Assembly: GCA_964057225.1 (NCBI GenBank)
Contig: OZ059894.1
Span: forward strand, 62,001-126,000
Length of the DNA: 64,000 nucleotides
Reading direction: 5' to 3'
From: Auanema rhodensis
Taxonomy: Eukaryota > Animalia > Nematoda
The notes under the pieces were generated by a model that had not been told where the DNA came from, did no database searches, and saw only the letters and a program-made list of their open reading frames with translations. Below are positions 43,601 to 58,600 of this stretch, in pieces. The position numbers were made by a program, and so were the translations under genes. Position 1 is the stretch's first letter. Each line of letters opens with the position of its first letter.

Positions 43601-46600
43601 AAGTTCACGTAAAATTCAAAGTCATGGTTACCATGCACCAATATCAATAAAAATTTGTTTTTAGACTAATATGGACATGGGGAATCTAATTTTGAAAACC
43701 GCATCTCTTTATCTTTCATGTGAAGCGAGTTACATACCAAGTGCACATCACGTGTACATTTAATTAGCATAAATTAAAGTTCACGTAAATTTCAAAGTCA
43801 TGGTTACCATGCACCAATATCAATAAAAATTTGTTTTCAGACTAATATGGACATGGGGAATCTTATTTTGAAAACCGCATCTCTTTATCTTTCACGTGAA
43901 GCGAGTTACATACCAAGTGCACATCACGTGTACATTTAATTAGCATAAATTAAAGTTCACGTAAATTTCAAAGTCATGGTTACCATGAACCAATATCAAT
44001 AAAAATTTGTTTTTAGACTAATATGCACATGGGGAATCTGATTTTGAAAATCGCATCTCTTTATCTTTCACGTGAAGCGAGTTACATACCAAGTGCACAT
44101 CACGTGTACATTTAATTAGCATAAATTAAAGTTCACGTAAAATTCAAAGTCATGGTTACCATGCACCAATATCAATAAAAATTTGTTTTTAGACTAATAT
44201 GGACATGGGGAATCTAATTTTGAAAACCGCATCTCTTTATCTTTCATGTGAAGCGAGTTACATACCAAGTGCACATCACGTGTACATTTAATTAGCATAA
44301 ATTAAAGTTCACGTAAATTTCAAAGTCATGGTTACCATGCACCAATATCAATAAAAATTTGTTTTCAGACTAATATGGACATGGGGAATCTTATTTTGAA
44401 AACCGCATCTCTTTATCTTTCACGTGAAGCGAGTTACATACCAAGTGCACATCACGTGTACATTTAATTAGCATAAATTAAAGTTCACGTAAATTTCAAA
44501 GTCATGGTTACCATGCACCAATATCAATAAAAATTTGTTTTTAAACTAATATGGACATGGGGAATCTAATTTTGAAAACCGCATCTCTTTATCTTTTACG
44601 TGAAGCGAGTTACATACCAAGTGCACATCACGTGTACATTTAATTAGCATAAATTAAAGTTCACGTAAATTTCAAAGTCATGGTTACCATGCACCAATAT
44701 CAATAAAAATTTGTTTTTAGACTAATATGGACATGGGGAATCTAATTTTGAAAACCGCATCTCTTTATCTTTTACGTGAAGCGAGTTACATACCAAGTGC
44801 ACATCACGTGTTCATTAAATTAGCATAAATTAAAGTTCACGTAAAATTCAAAGTCATGGTTACCATGCACCAATATCAATAAAAATTTGTTTTTAGACTA
44901 ATATGGACATGGGGAATCTAATTTTGAAAACCGCATCTCTTTATCTTTTACGTGAAGCGAGTTACATACCAAGTGCACATCACGTGTACATTTAATTAGC
45001 ATAAATTAAAGTTCACGTAAATTTCAAAGTCATGGTTACCATGAACCAATATCAATAAAAATTTGTTTTTAGACTAATATGCACATGGGGAATCTGATTT
45101 TGAAAATCGCATCTCTTTATCTTTCACGTGAAGCGAGTTACATACCAAGTGCACATCACGTGTACATTTAATTAGCATAAATTAAAGTTCACGTAAAATT
45201 CAAAGTCATGGTTACCATGCACCAATATCAATAAAAATTTGTTTTTAGACTAATATGGACATGGGGAATCTAATTTTGAAAACCGCATCTCTTTATCTTT
45301 CATGTGAAGCGAGTTACATACCAAGTGCACATCACGTGTACATTTAATTAGCATAAATTAAAGTTCACGTAAATTTCAAAGTCATGGTTACCATGCACCA
45401 ATATCAATAAAAATTTGTTTTCAGACTAATATGGACATGGGGAATCTTATTTTGAAAACCGCATCTCTTTATCTTTCACGTGAAGCGGGTTACATACCAA
45501 GTGCACATCACGTGTACATTTAATTAGCATAAATTAAAGTTCACGTAAATTTCAAAGTCATGGTTACCATGCACCAATATCAATAAAAATTTGTTTTTAG
45601 ACTAATATGGACATGGGGAATCTAATTTTGAAAACCGCATCTCTTTATCTTTTACGTGAAGCGAGTTACATACCAAGTGCACATCACGTGTACATTTAAT
45701 TAGCATAAATTAAAGTTCACGTAAATTTCAAAGTCATGGTTACCATGAACCAATATCAATAAAAATTTGTTTTTAGACTAATATGGACATGGGGAATCTG
45801 ATTTTGAAAACCGCATCTCTTTATCTTTTACGTGAAGCGAGTTACATACCGAGTGCACATCACGTGTACATTTAATTAGCATAAATTAAAGTTCACGTAA
45901 AATTCAAAGTCATGGTTACCATGCACCAATATCAATAAAAATTTGTTTTTAGACTAATATGGACATGGGGAATCTAATTTTGAAAACCGCATCTCTTTAT
46001 CTTTTACGTGAAGCGAGTTACATACCAAGTGCACATCACGTGTACATTTAATTAGCATAAATTAAAGTTCACGTAAATTTCAAAGTCATGGTTACCATGA
46101 ACCAATATCAATAAAAATTTGTTTTTAGACTAATATGGACATGGGGAATCTGATTTTGAAAACCGCATCTCTTTATCTTTCACGTGAAGCGAGTTACATA
46201 CCAAGTGCACATCACGTGTACATTTAATTAGCATAAATTAAAGTTCACGTAAAATTCAAAGTCATGGTTACCATGCACCAATATCAATAAAAATTTGTTT
46301 TTAGACTAATATGGACATGGGGAATCTGATTTTGAAAACCGCATCTCTTTATCTTTCACGTGAAGCGAGTTACATACCAAGTGCACATCACGTGTACATT
46401 TAATTAGCATAAATTAAAGTTCACGTAAATTTCAAAGTCATGGTTACCATGAACCAATATCAATAAAAATTTGTTTTTAGACTAATATGGACATGGGGAA
46501 TCTAATTTTGAAAACCGCATCTCTTTATCTTTTACGTGAAGCGAGTTACATACCAAGTGCACATCACGTGTACATTTAATTAGCATAAATTAAAGTTCAC

Positions 46601-49600
46601 GTAAATTTCAAAGTCATGGTTACCATGAACCAATATCAATAAAAATTTGTTTTTAGACTAATATGGACATGAGGAATCTGATTTTGAAAACCGCATCTCT
46701 TTATCTTTCACGTGAAGCGAGTTACATACCAAGTGCACATCACGTGTACATTTAATTAGCATAAATTAAAGTTCACGTAAAATTCAAAGTCATGGTTACC
46801 ATGCACCAATATCAATAAAAATTTGTTTTTAGACTAATATGGACATGGGGAATCAAATTTTGAAAACCGCATCTCTTTATCTTTTACGTGAAGCGAGTTA
46901 CATACCAAGTGCACATCACGTGTACATTTAATTAGCATAAATTGAAGTTCACGTAAATTTCAAAGTCATGGTTACCATGAACCAATATCAATAAAAATTT
47001 GTTTTTAGACTAATATGGACATGGGGAATCTAATTTTGAAAACCGCATCTCTTTATCTTTTACGTGAAGCGAGTTACATACCAAGTGCACATCACGTGTA
47101 CATTTAATTAGCATAAATTAAAGTTCACGTAAAATTCAAAGTCATGGTTACCATGCACCAATATCAATAAAAATTTGTTTTTAGACTAATATGGACATGG
47201 GAAATCTAATTTTGAAAACCGCATCTCTTTATCTTTTACGTGAAGCGAGTTACATACCAAGTGCACATCACGTGTACATTTAATTAGCATAAATTAAAGT
47301 TCACGTAAAATTCAAAGTCATGGTTACCATGCACCAATATCAATAAAAATTTGTTTTTAGACTAATATGGACATGGGGAATCAAATTTTGAAAACCGCAT
47401 CTCTTTATCTTTCACGTGAAGCGAGTTACATACCAAGTGCACATCACGTGTACATTTAATTAGCATAAATTAAAGTTCACGTAAAATTCAAAGTCATGGT
47501 TACCATGCACCAATATCAATAAAAATTTGTTTTTAGACTAATATGGACATGGGGAATCAAATTTTGAAAACCGCATCTCTTTATCTTTTACGTGAAGCGA
47601 GTTACATACCAAGTGCACATCACGTGTACATTTAATTAGCATAAATTAAAGTTCACGTAAATTTCAAAGTCATGGTTACCATGAACCAATATCAATAAAA
47701 ATTTGTTTTTAGACTAATATGGACATGGGGAATCTAATTTTGAAAACCGCATCTCTTTATCTTTTACGTGAAGCGAGTCACATACCAAGTGCACATCACG
47801 TGTACATTTAATTAGCATAAATTAAAGTTCACGTAAAATTCAAAGTCATGGTTACCATGCACCAATATCAATAAAAATTTGTTTTTAGACTAATATGGAC
47901 ATGGGAAATCTAATTTTGAAAACCGCATCTCTTTATCTTTTACGTGAAGCGAGTTACATACCAAGTGCACATCACGTGTACATTTAATTAGCATAAATTA
48001 AAGTTCACGTAAAATTCAAAGTCATGGTTACCATGCACCAATATCAATAAAAATTTGTTTTTAGACTAATATGGACATGGGGAATCAAATTTTGAAAACC
48101 GCATCTCTTTATCTTTTACGTGAAGCGAGTTACATACCAAGTGCACATCACGTGTACATTTAATTAGCATAAATTAAAGTTCACGTAAATTTCAAAGTCA
48201 TGGTTACCATGAACCAATATCAATAAAAACTTGTTTTTAGACTAATATGGACATGGGGAATCTAATTTTGAAAACCGCATCTCTTTATCTTTTACGTGAA
48301 GCGAGTTACATACCAAGTGCACATCACGTGTACATTTAATTAGCATAAATTAAAGTTCACGTAAAATTCAAAGTCATGGTTACCATGCACCAATATCAAT
48401 AAAAATTTGTTTTTAGACTAATATGGACATGGGGAATCTAATTTTGAAAACCGCATCTCTTTATCTTTTACGTGAAGCGAGTTACATACCAAGTGCACAT
48501 CACGTGTACATTTAATTAGCATAAATTAAAGTTCACGTAAAATTCAAAGTCATGGTTACCATGCACCAATATCAATAAAAATTTGTTTTTAGACTAATAT
48601 GGACATGGGGAATCTAATTTTGAAAACCGCATCTCTTTATCTTTTACGTGAAGCGAGTTACATACCAAGAGCACATCACGTGTACATTTAATTAGCATAA
48701 ATTAAAGTTCACGTAAATTTCAAAGTCATGGTTACCATGAACCAATATCAATAAAAATTTGTTTTTAGACTAATATGGACATGGGGAATCTGATTTTGAA
48801 AACCGCATCTCTTTATCTTTTACGTGAAGCGAGTTACATACCAAGTGCACATCACGTGTACATTTAATTAGCATAAATTAAAGTTCACGTAAAATTCAAA
48901 GTCATGGTTACCATGCACCAATATCAATAAAAATTTGTTTTTAGACTAATATGGACATGGGGAATCTAATTTTGAAAACCGCATCTCTTTATCTTTTACG
49001 TGAAGCGAGTTACATACCAAGTGCACATCACGTGTACATTTAATTAGCATAAATTAAAGTTCACGTAAATTTCAAAGTCATGGTTACCATGAACCAATAT
49101 CAATAAAAATTTGTTTTTAGACTAATATGGACATGGGGAATCTGATTTTGAAAACCGCATCTCTTTATCTTTCACGTGAAGCGAGTTACATACCAAGTGC
49201 ACATCACGTGTACATTTAATTAGCATAAATTAAAGTTCACGTAAATTTCAAAGTCATGGTTACCATGCACCAATATCAATAAAAATTTGTTTTTAGACTA
49301 ATATGGACATGGGGAATCTAATTTTGAAAACCGCATCTCTTTATCTTTTACGTGAAGCGAGTTACATACCAAGTGCACATCACGTGTACATTTAATTAGC
49401 ATAAATTAAAGTTCACGTAAATTTCAAAGTCATGGTTACCATGAACCAATATCAATAAAAATTTGTTTTTAGACTAATATGGACATGGGGAATCTAATTT
49501 TGAAAACCGCATCTCTTTATCTTTTACGTGAAGCGAGTTACATACCAAGTGCACATCACGTGTACATTTAATTAGCATAAATTAAAGTTCACGTAAATTT

Positions 49601-52600
49601 CAAAGTCATGGTTACCATGCACCAATATCAATAAAAATTTGTTTTTAGACTAATATGGACATGGGGAATCTAATTTTGAAAACCGCATCTCTTTATCTTT
49701 CACGTGAAGCGAGTTACATACCAAGTGCACATCACGTGTACATTTAATTAGCATAAATTAAAGTTCACGTAAATTTCAAAGTCATGGTTACCATGAACCA
49801 ATATCAATAAAAATTTGTTTTTAGACTAATATGGACATGGGGAATCTGATTTTGAAAACCGCATCTCTTTATCTTTCACGTGAAGCGAGTTACATACCAA
49901 GTGCACATCACGTGTACATTTAATTAGCATAAATTAAAGTTCACGTAAAATTCAAAGTCATGGTTACCATGCACCAATATCAATAAAAATTTGTTTTTAG
50001 ACTAATATGGACATGGGGAATCTAATTTTGAAAACCGCATCTCTTTATCTTTTACGTGAAGCGAGTTACATACCAAGTGCACATCACGTGTACATTTAAT
50101 TAGCATAAATTAAAGTTCACGTAAATTTCAAAGTCATGGTTACCATGAACCAATATCAATAAAAATTTGTTTTTAGACTAATATGGACATGGGGAATCTG
50201 ATTTTGAAAACCGCATCTCTTTATCTTTCACGTGAAGCGAGTTACATACCAAGTGCACATCACGTGTACATTTAATTAGCATAAATTAAAGTTCACGTAA
50301 AATTCAAAGTCATGGTTACCATGCACCAATATCAATAAAAATTTGTTTTTAGACTAATATGGACATGGGGAATCTGATTTTGAAAACCGCATCTCTTTAT
50401 CTTTCACGTGAAGCGAGTTACATACCAAGTGCACATCACGTGTACATTTAATTAGCATAAATTAAAGTTCACGTAAATTTCAAAGTCATGGTTACCATGA
50501 ACCAATATCAATAAAAATTTGTTTTTAGACTAATATGGACATGGGGAATCTAATTTTGAAAACCGCATCTCTTTATCTTTTACGTGAAGCGAGTTACATA
50601 CCAAGTGCACATCACGTGTACATTTAATTAGCATAAATTAAAGTTCACGTAAATTTCAAAGTCATGGTTACCATGAACCAATATCAATAAAAATTTGTTT
50701 TTAGACTAATATGGACATGGGGAATCTGATTTTGAAAACCGCATCTCTTTATCTTTCACGTGAAGCGAGTTACATACCAAGTGCACATCACGTGTACATT
50801 TAATTAGCATAAATTAAAGTTCACGTAAAATTCAAAGTCATGGTTACCATGCACCAATATCAATAAAAATTTGTTTTTAGACTAATATGGACATGGGGAA
50901 TCAAATTTTGAAAACCGCATCTCTTTATCTTTTACGTGAAGCGAGTTACATACCAAGTGCACATCACGTGTACATTTAATTAGCATAAATTAAAGTTCAC
51001 GTAAATTTCAAAGTCATGGTTACCATGAACCAATATCAATAAAAATTTGTTTTAGACTAATATGGACATGGAGAATCTAATTTTGAAAACCGCATCTCTT
51101 TATCTTTTACGTGAAGCGAGTTACATACCAAGTGCACATCACGTGTACATTTAATTAGCATAAATTAAAGTTCACGTAAAATTCAAAGTCATGGTTACCA
51201 TGCACCAATATCAATAAAAATTTGTTTTTAGACTAATATGGACATGGGAAATCTAATTTTGAAAACCACATCTCTTTATCTTTTACGTGAAGCGAGTTAC
51301 ATACCAAGTGCACATCACGTGTACATTTAATTAGCATAAATTAAAGTTCACGTAAAATTCAAAGTCATGGTTACCATGCACCAATATCAATAAAAATTTG
51401 TTTTTAGACTAATATGGACATGGGGAATCAAATTTTGAAAACCGCATCTCTTTATCTTTTACGTGAAGCGAGTTACATACCAAGTGCACATCACGTGTAC
51501 ATTTAATTAGCATAAATTAAAGTTCACGTAAATTTCAAAGTCATGGTTACCATGAACCAATATCAATAAAAACTTGTTTTTAGACTAATATGGACATGGG
51601 GAATCTAATTTTGAAAACCGCATCTCTTTATCTTTTACGTGAAGCGAGTTACATACCAAGTGCACATCACGTGTACATTTAATTAGCATAAATTAAAGTT
51701 CACGTAAAATTCAAAGTCATGGTTACCATGCACCAATATCAATAAAAATTTGTTTTTAGACTAATATGGACATGGGGAATCTAATTTTGAAAACCGCATC
51801 TCTTTATCTTTTACGTGAAGCGAGTTACATACCAAGTGCACATCACGTGTACATTTAATTAGCATAAATTAAAGTTCACGTAAAATTCAAAGTCATGGTT
51901 ACCATGCACCAATATCAATAAAAATTTGTTTTTAGACTAATATGGACATGGGGAATCTAATTTTGAAAACCGCATCTCTTTATCTTTCACGTGAAGCGAG
52001 TTACATACCAAGTGCACATCACGTGTACATTTAATTCGCATAAATTAAAGTTCACGTAAAATTCAAAGTCATGGTTACCATGCACCAATATCAATAAAAA
52101 TTTGTTTTTAGACTAATATGGACATGGGGAATCTGATTTTGAAAACCGCATCTCTTTATCTTTCACGTGAAGCGAGTTACATACCAAGTGCACATCACGT
52201 GTACATTTAATTAGCATAAATTAAAGTTCACGTAAAATTCAAAGTCATGGTTACCATGCACCAATATCAATAAAAATTTGTTTTTAGACTAATATGGACA
52301 TGGGGAATCTGATTTTGAAAACCGCATCTCTTTATCTTTCACGTGAAGCGAGTTACATACCAAGTGCACATCACGTGTACATTTAATTAGCATAAATTAA
52401 AGTTCACGTAAAATTCAAAGTCATGGTTACCATGCACCAATATCAATAAAAATTTGTTTTTAGACTAATATGGACATGGGGAATCTAATTTTGAAAACTG
52501 CATCTCTTCATCTTTTACATGAAGCGAGTTACATACCAAGTGCACATCACGTGTACATTTAATTAGCATAAATTAAAGTTCACGTAAATTTCAAAGTCAT

Positions 52601-55600
52601 GGATACCATGAACCAATATCAATAAAAATTTGTTTTTAGACTAATATGGACATGGGGAATCTAATTTTGAAAACCGCATCTCTTTATCTTTTACGTGAAG
52701 CGAGTTACATACCAAGTGCACATCACGTGTACATTTAATTAGCATAAATTAAAGTTCACGTAAAATTCAAAGTCATGGTTACCATGCACCAATATCAATA
52801 AAAATTTGTTTTTAGACTAATATGGACATGGGGAATCAAATTTTGAAAACCGCATCTCTTTATCTTTTACGTGAAGCGAGTTACATACCAAGTGCACATC
52901 ACGTGTACATTTAATTAGCATAAATTAAAGTTCACGTAAATTTCAAAGTCATGGTTACCATGAACCAATATCAATAAAAACTTGTTTTTAGACTAATATG
53001 GACATGGGGAATCTAATTTTGAAAACCGCATCTCTTTATCTTTTACGTGAAGCGAGTTACATACCAAGTGCACATCACGTGTACATTTAATTAGCATAAA
53101 TTAAAGTTCACGTAAAATTCAAAGTCATGGTTACCATGCACCAATATCAATAAAAATTTGTTTTTAGACTAATATGGACATGGGGAATCTAATTTTGAAA
53201 ACCGCATCTCTTTATCTTTTACGTGAAGCGAGTTACATACCAAGTGCACATCACGTGTACATTTAATTAGCATAAATTAAAGTTCACGTAAAATTCAAAG
53301 TCATGGTTACCATGCACCAATATCAATAAAAATTTGTTTTTAGACTAATATGGACATGGGGAATCTAATTTTGAAAACCGCATCTCTTTATCTTTTACAT
53401 GAAGCGAGTTACATACCAAGTGCACATCACGTGTACATTTAATTAGCATAAATTAAAGTTCACGTAAAATTCAAAGTCATGGTTACCATGCACCAATATC
53501 AATAAAAATTTGTTTTTAGACTAATATGGACATGAGGAATCTAATTTTGAAAACCGCATCTCTTTATCTTTTACGTGAAGCGAGTTACATACCAAGTGCA
53601 CATCACGTGTACATTTAATTAGCATAAATTAAAGTTCACGTAAAATTCAAAGTCATGGTTACCATGCACCAATATGAATAAAAATTTGTTTTTAGACTAA
53701 TATGGACATGGGGAATCTAATTTTGAAAACCGCATCTCTTTATCTTTTACGTGAAGCGAGTTACATACCAAGTGCACATCACGTGTACATTTAATTAGCA
53801 TAAATTAAAGTTCACGTAAAATTCAAAGTCATGGTTACCATGCACCAATATGAATAAAAATTTGTTTTTAGACTAATATGGACATGGGGAATCTAATTTT
53901 GAAAACCGCATCTCTTTATCTTTTACGTGAAGCGAGTTACATACCAAGTGCACATCACGTGTACATTTAATTAGCATAAATTAAAGTTCACGTAAATTTC
54001 AAAGTCATGGTTACCATGAACCAATATTAATAAAAATTTGTTTTTAGACTAATATGGACATGGGGAATCTGATTTTGAAAACCGCATCTCTTTATCTTTC
54101 ACGTGAAGCGAGTTACATACCAAGTGCACATCACGTGTACATTTAATTAGCATAAATTAAAGTTCACGTAAATTTCAAAGTCATGGTTACCTTGAACCAA
54201 TATCAATAAAAATTTGTTTTTAGACTAATATGGACATGGGGAATCTAATTTTGAAAACCGCATCTCTTTATCTTTTACGTGAAGCGAGTTACATACCAAG
54301 TGCACATCACGTGTACATTTAATTAGCATAAATTAAAGTTCACGTAAATTTCAAAGTCATGGTTACCTTGAACCAATATCAATAAAAATTTGTTTTTAGA
54401 CTAATATGGACATGGGGAATCTAATTTTGAAAACCGCATCTCTTTATCTTTTACGTGAAGCGAGTTACATACCAAGTGCACATCACGTGTACATTTAATT
54501 AGCATAAATTAAAATTCACGTAAATTTCAAAGTCATGGTTACCATGAACCAATATCAATAAAAATTTGTTTTTAGACTAATATGGACATGGGGAATCTGA
54601 TTTTGAAAACCGCATCTCTTTATCTTTCACGTGAAGCGAGTTACATACCAAGTGCACATCACGTGTACATTTAATTAGCATAAATTAAAGTTCACGTAAA
54701 ATTCAAAGTCATGGTTACCATGCACCAATATCAATAAAAATTTGTTTTTAGACTAATATGGACATGGGGAATCAAATTTTGAAAACCGCATCTCTTTATC
54801 TTTTACGTGAAGCGAGTAACATACCAAGTGCACATCACGTGTACATTTAATTAGCATAAATTAAAGTTCACGTAAATTTCAAAGTCATGGTTACCATGAA
54901 CCAATATCAATAAAAATTTGTTTTTAGACTAATATGGACATGGGGAATCTAATTTTGAAAACCGCATCTCTTTATCTTTTACATGAAGCGAGTTACATAC
55001 CAAGTGCACATCACGTGTACATTTAATTAGCATAAATTAAAGTTCACGTAAAATTCAAAGTCATGGTTACCATGCACCAATATCAATAAAAATTTGTTTT
55101 TAGACTAATATGGACATGAGGAATCTAATTTTGAAAACCGCATCTCTTTATCTTTTACGTGAAGCGAGTTACATACCAAGTGCACATCACGTGTACATTT
55201 AATTAGCATAAATTAAAGTTCACGTAAAATTCAAAGTCATGGTTACCATGCACCAATATGAATAAAAATTTGTTTTTAGACTAATATGGACATGGGGAAT
55301 CTAATTTTGAAAACCGCATCTCTTTATCTTTTACGTGAAGCGAGTTACATACCAAGTGCACATCACGTGTACATTTAATTAGCATAAATTAAAGTTCACG
55401 TAAAATTCAAAGTCATGGTTACCATGCACCAATATGAATAAAAATTTGTTTTTAGACTAATATGGACATGGGGAATCTAATTTTGAAAACCGCATCTCTT
55501 TATCTTTTACGTGAAGCGAGTTACATACCAAGTGCACATCACGTGTACATTTAATTAGCATAAATTAAAGTTCACGTAAATTTCAAAGTCATGGTTACCA

Positions 55601-58600
55601 TGAACCAATATTAATAAAAATTTGTTTTTAGACTAATATGGACATGGGGAATCTAATTTTGAAAACCGCATCTCTTTATCTTTTACGTGAAGCGAGTTAC
55701 ATACCAAGTGCACATCACGTGTACATTTAATTAGCATAAATTAAAGTTCACGTAAATTTCAAAGTCATGGTTACCTTGAACCAATATCAATAAAAATTTG
55801 TTTTTAGACTAATATGGACATGGGGAATCTAATTTTGAAAACCGCATCTCTTTATCTTTTACGTGAAGCGAGTTACATACCAAGTGCACATCACGTGTAC
55901 ATTTAATTAGCATAAATTAAAATTCACGTAAATTTCAAAGTCATGGTTACCATGAACCAATATCAATAAAAATTTGTTTTTAGACTAATATGGACATGGG
56001 GAATCTGATTTTGAAAACCGCATCTCTTTATCTTTCACGTGAAGCGAGTTACATACCAAGTGCACATCACGTGTACATTTAATTAGCATAAATTAAAGTT
56101 CACGTAAAATTCAAAGTCATGGTTACCATGCACCAATATCAATAAAAATTTGTTTTTAGACTAATATGGACATGGGGAATCAAATTTTGAAAACCGCATC
56201 TCTTTATCTTTTACGTGAAGCGAGTAACATACCAAGTGCACATCACGTGTACATTTAATTAGCATAAATTAAAGTTCACGTAAATTTCAAAGTCATGGTT
56301 ACCATGAACCAATATCAATAAAAATTTGTTTTTAGACTAATATGGACATGGGGAATCTAATTTTGAAAACCGCATCTCTTTATCTTTTACGTGAAGCGAG
56401 TTACATACCAAGTGCACATCACGTGTACATTTAATTAGCATAAATTAAAGTTCACGTAAAATTCAAAGTCATGGTTACCATGCACCAATATCAATAAAAA
56501 TTTGTTTTTAGACTAATATGGACATGGGGAATCTAATTTTGAAAACCGCATCTCTTTATCTTTTACGTGAAGCGAGTTACATACCAAGTGCACATCACGT
56601 GTACATTTAATTAGCATAAATTAAAGTTCACGTAAAATTCAAAGTCATGGTTACCATGCACCAATATCAATAAAAATTTGTTTTTAGACTAATATGGACA
56701 TGGGGAATCTAATTTTGAAAACCGCATCTCTTTATCTTTTACGTGAAGCGAGTTACATACCAAGTGCACATCACGTGTACATTTAATTAGCATAAATTAA
56801 AGTTCACGTAAATTTCAAAGTCATGGTTACCATGAACCAATATCAATAAAAATTTGTTTTTAGACTAATATGGACATGGGGAATTTGATTTTGAAAACCG
56901 CATCTCTTTATCTTTCACGTGAAGCGAGTTACATACCAAGTGCACATCACGTGTACATTTAATTAGCATAAATTAAAGTTCACGTAAAATTCAAAGTCAT
57001 GGTTACCATCCACCAATATCAATAAAAATTTGTTTTTAGACTAATATGGACATGGGGAATCTAATTTTGAAAACTGCATCTCTTCATCTTTTACATGAAG
57101 CGAGTTACATACCAAGTGCACATCACGTGTACATTTAATTAGCATAAATTAAAGTTCACGTAAATTTCAAAGTCATGGTTACCATGAACCAATATCAATA
57201 AAAATTTGTTTTTAGACTAATATGGACATGGGGAATCTAATTTTGAAAACCGCATCTCTTTATCTTTTACGTGAAGCGAGTTACATACCAAGTGCACATC
57301 ACGTGTACATTTAATTAGCATAAATTAAAGTTCACGTAAAATTCAAAGTCATGGTTACCATGCACCAATATCAATAAAAATTTGTTTTTAGACTAATATG
57401 GACATGGGGAATCTAATTTTGAAAACCGCATCTTTTTATCTTTTACGTGAAGCGAGTTACATACCAAGTGCACATCACGTGTACATTTAATTAGCATAAA
57501 TTAAAGTTCACGTAAAATTCAAAGTCATGGTTACCATGCACCAATATCAATAAAAATTTGTTTTTAGACTAATATGGACATGGGGAATCTAATTTTGAAA
57601 ACCGCATCTCTTTATCTTTTACGTGAAGCGAGTTACATACCAAGTGCACATCACGTGTACATTTAATTAGCATAAATTAAAGTTCACGTAAATTTCAAAG
57701 TCATGGTTACCATGAACCAATATCAATAAAAATTTGTTTTTAGACTAATATGGACATGGGGAATCTAATTTTGAAAACCGCATCTCTTTATCTTTTACGT
57801 GAAGCGAGTTACATACCAAGTGCACATCACGTGTACATTTAATTAGCATAAATTAAAGTTCACGTAAATTTCAAAGTCATGGTTACCATGAACCAATATC
57901 AAAAAAAATTTGTTTTTAGACTAATATGGACATGGGGAATCTGATTTTGAAAACCGCATCTCTTTATCTTTCACGTGAAGCGAGTTACATACCAAGTGCA
58001 CATCACGTGTACATTTAATTAGCATAAATTAAAGTTCACGTAAAATTCAAAGTCATGGTTACCATGCACCAATATCAATAAAAATTTGTTTTTAGACTAA
58101 TATGGACATGGGGAATCTAATTTTGAAAACCGCATCTCTTTATCTTTCACGTGAAGCGAGTTACATACCAAGTGCACATCACGTGTACATTTAATTCGCA
58201 TAAATTAAAGTTCACGTAAAATTCAAAGTCATGGTTACCATGCACCAATATCAATAAAAATTTGTTTTTAGACTAATATGGACATGGGGAATCTGATTTT
58301 GAAAACCGCATCTCTTTATCTTTCACGTGAAGCGAGTTACATACCAAGTGCACATCACGTGTACATTTAATTAGCATAAATTAAAGTTCACGTAAAATTC
58401 AAAGTCATGGTTACCATGCACCAATATCAATAAAAATTTGTTTTTAGACTAATATGGACATGGGGAATCTGATTTTGAAAACCGCATCTCTTTATCTTTC
58501 ACGTGAAGCGAGTTACATACCAAGTGCACATCACGTGTACATTTAATTAGCATAAATTAAAGTTCACGTAAAATTCAAAGTCATGGTTACCATGCACCAA

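Noticed and set aside
43160-51060. Single-base indels at ~43166 (+1) and ~51051 (-1)
   Set aside because: These are singletons in or next to homopolymer runs and could be sequencing errors.
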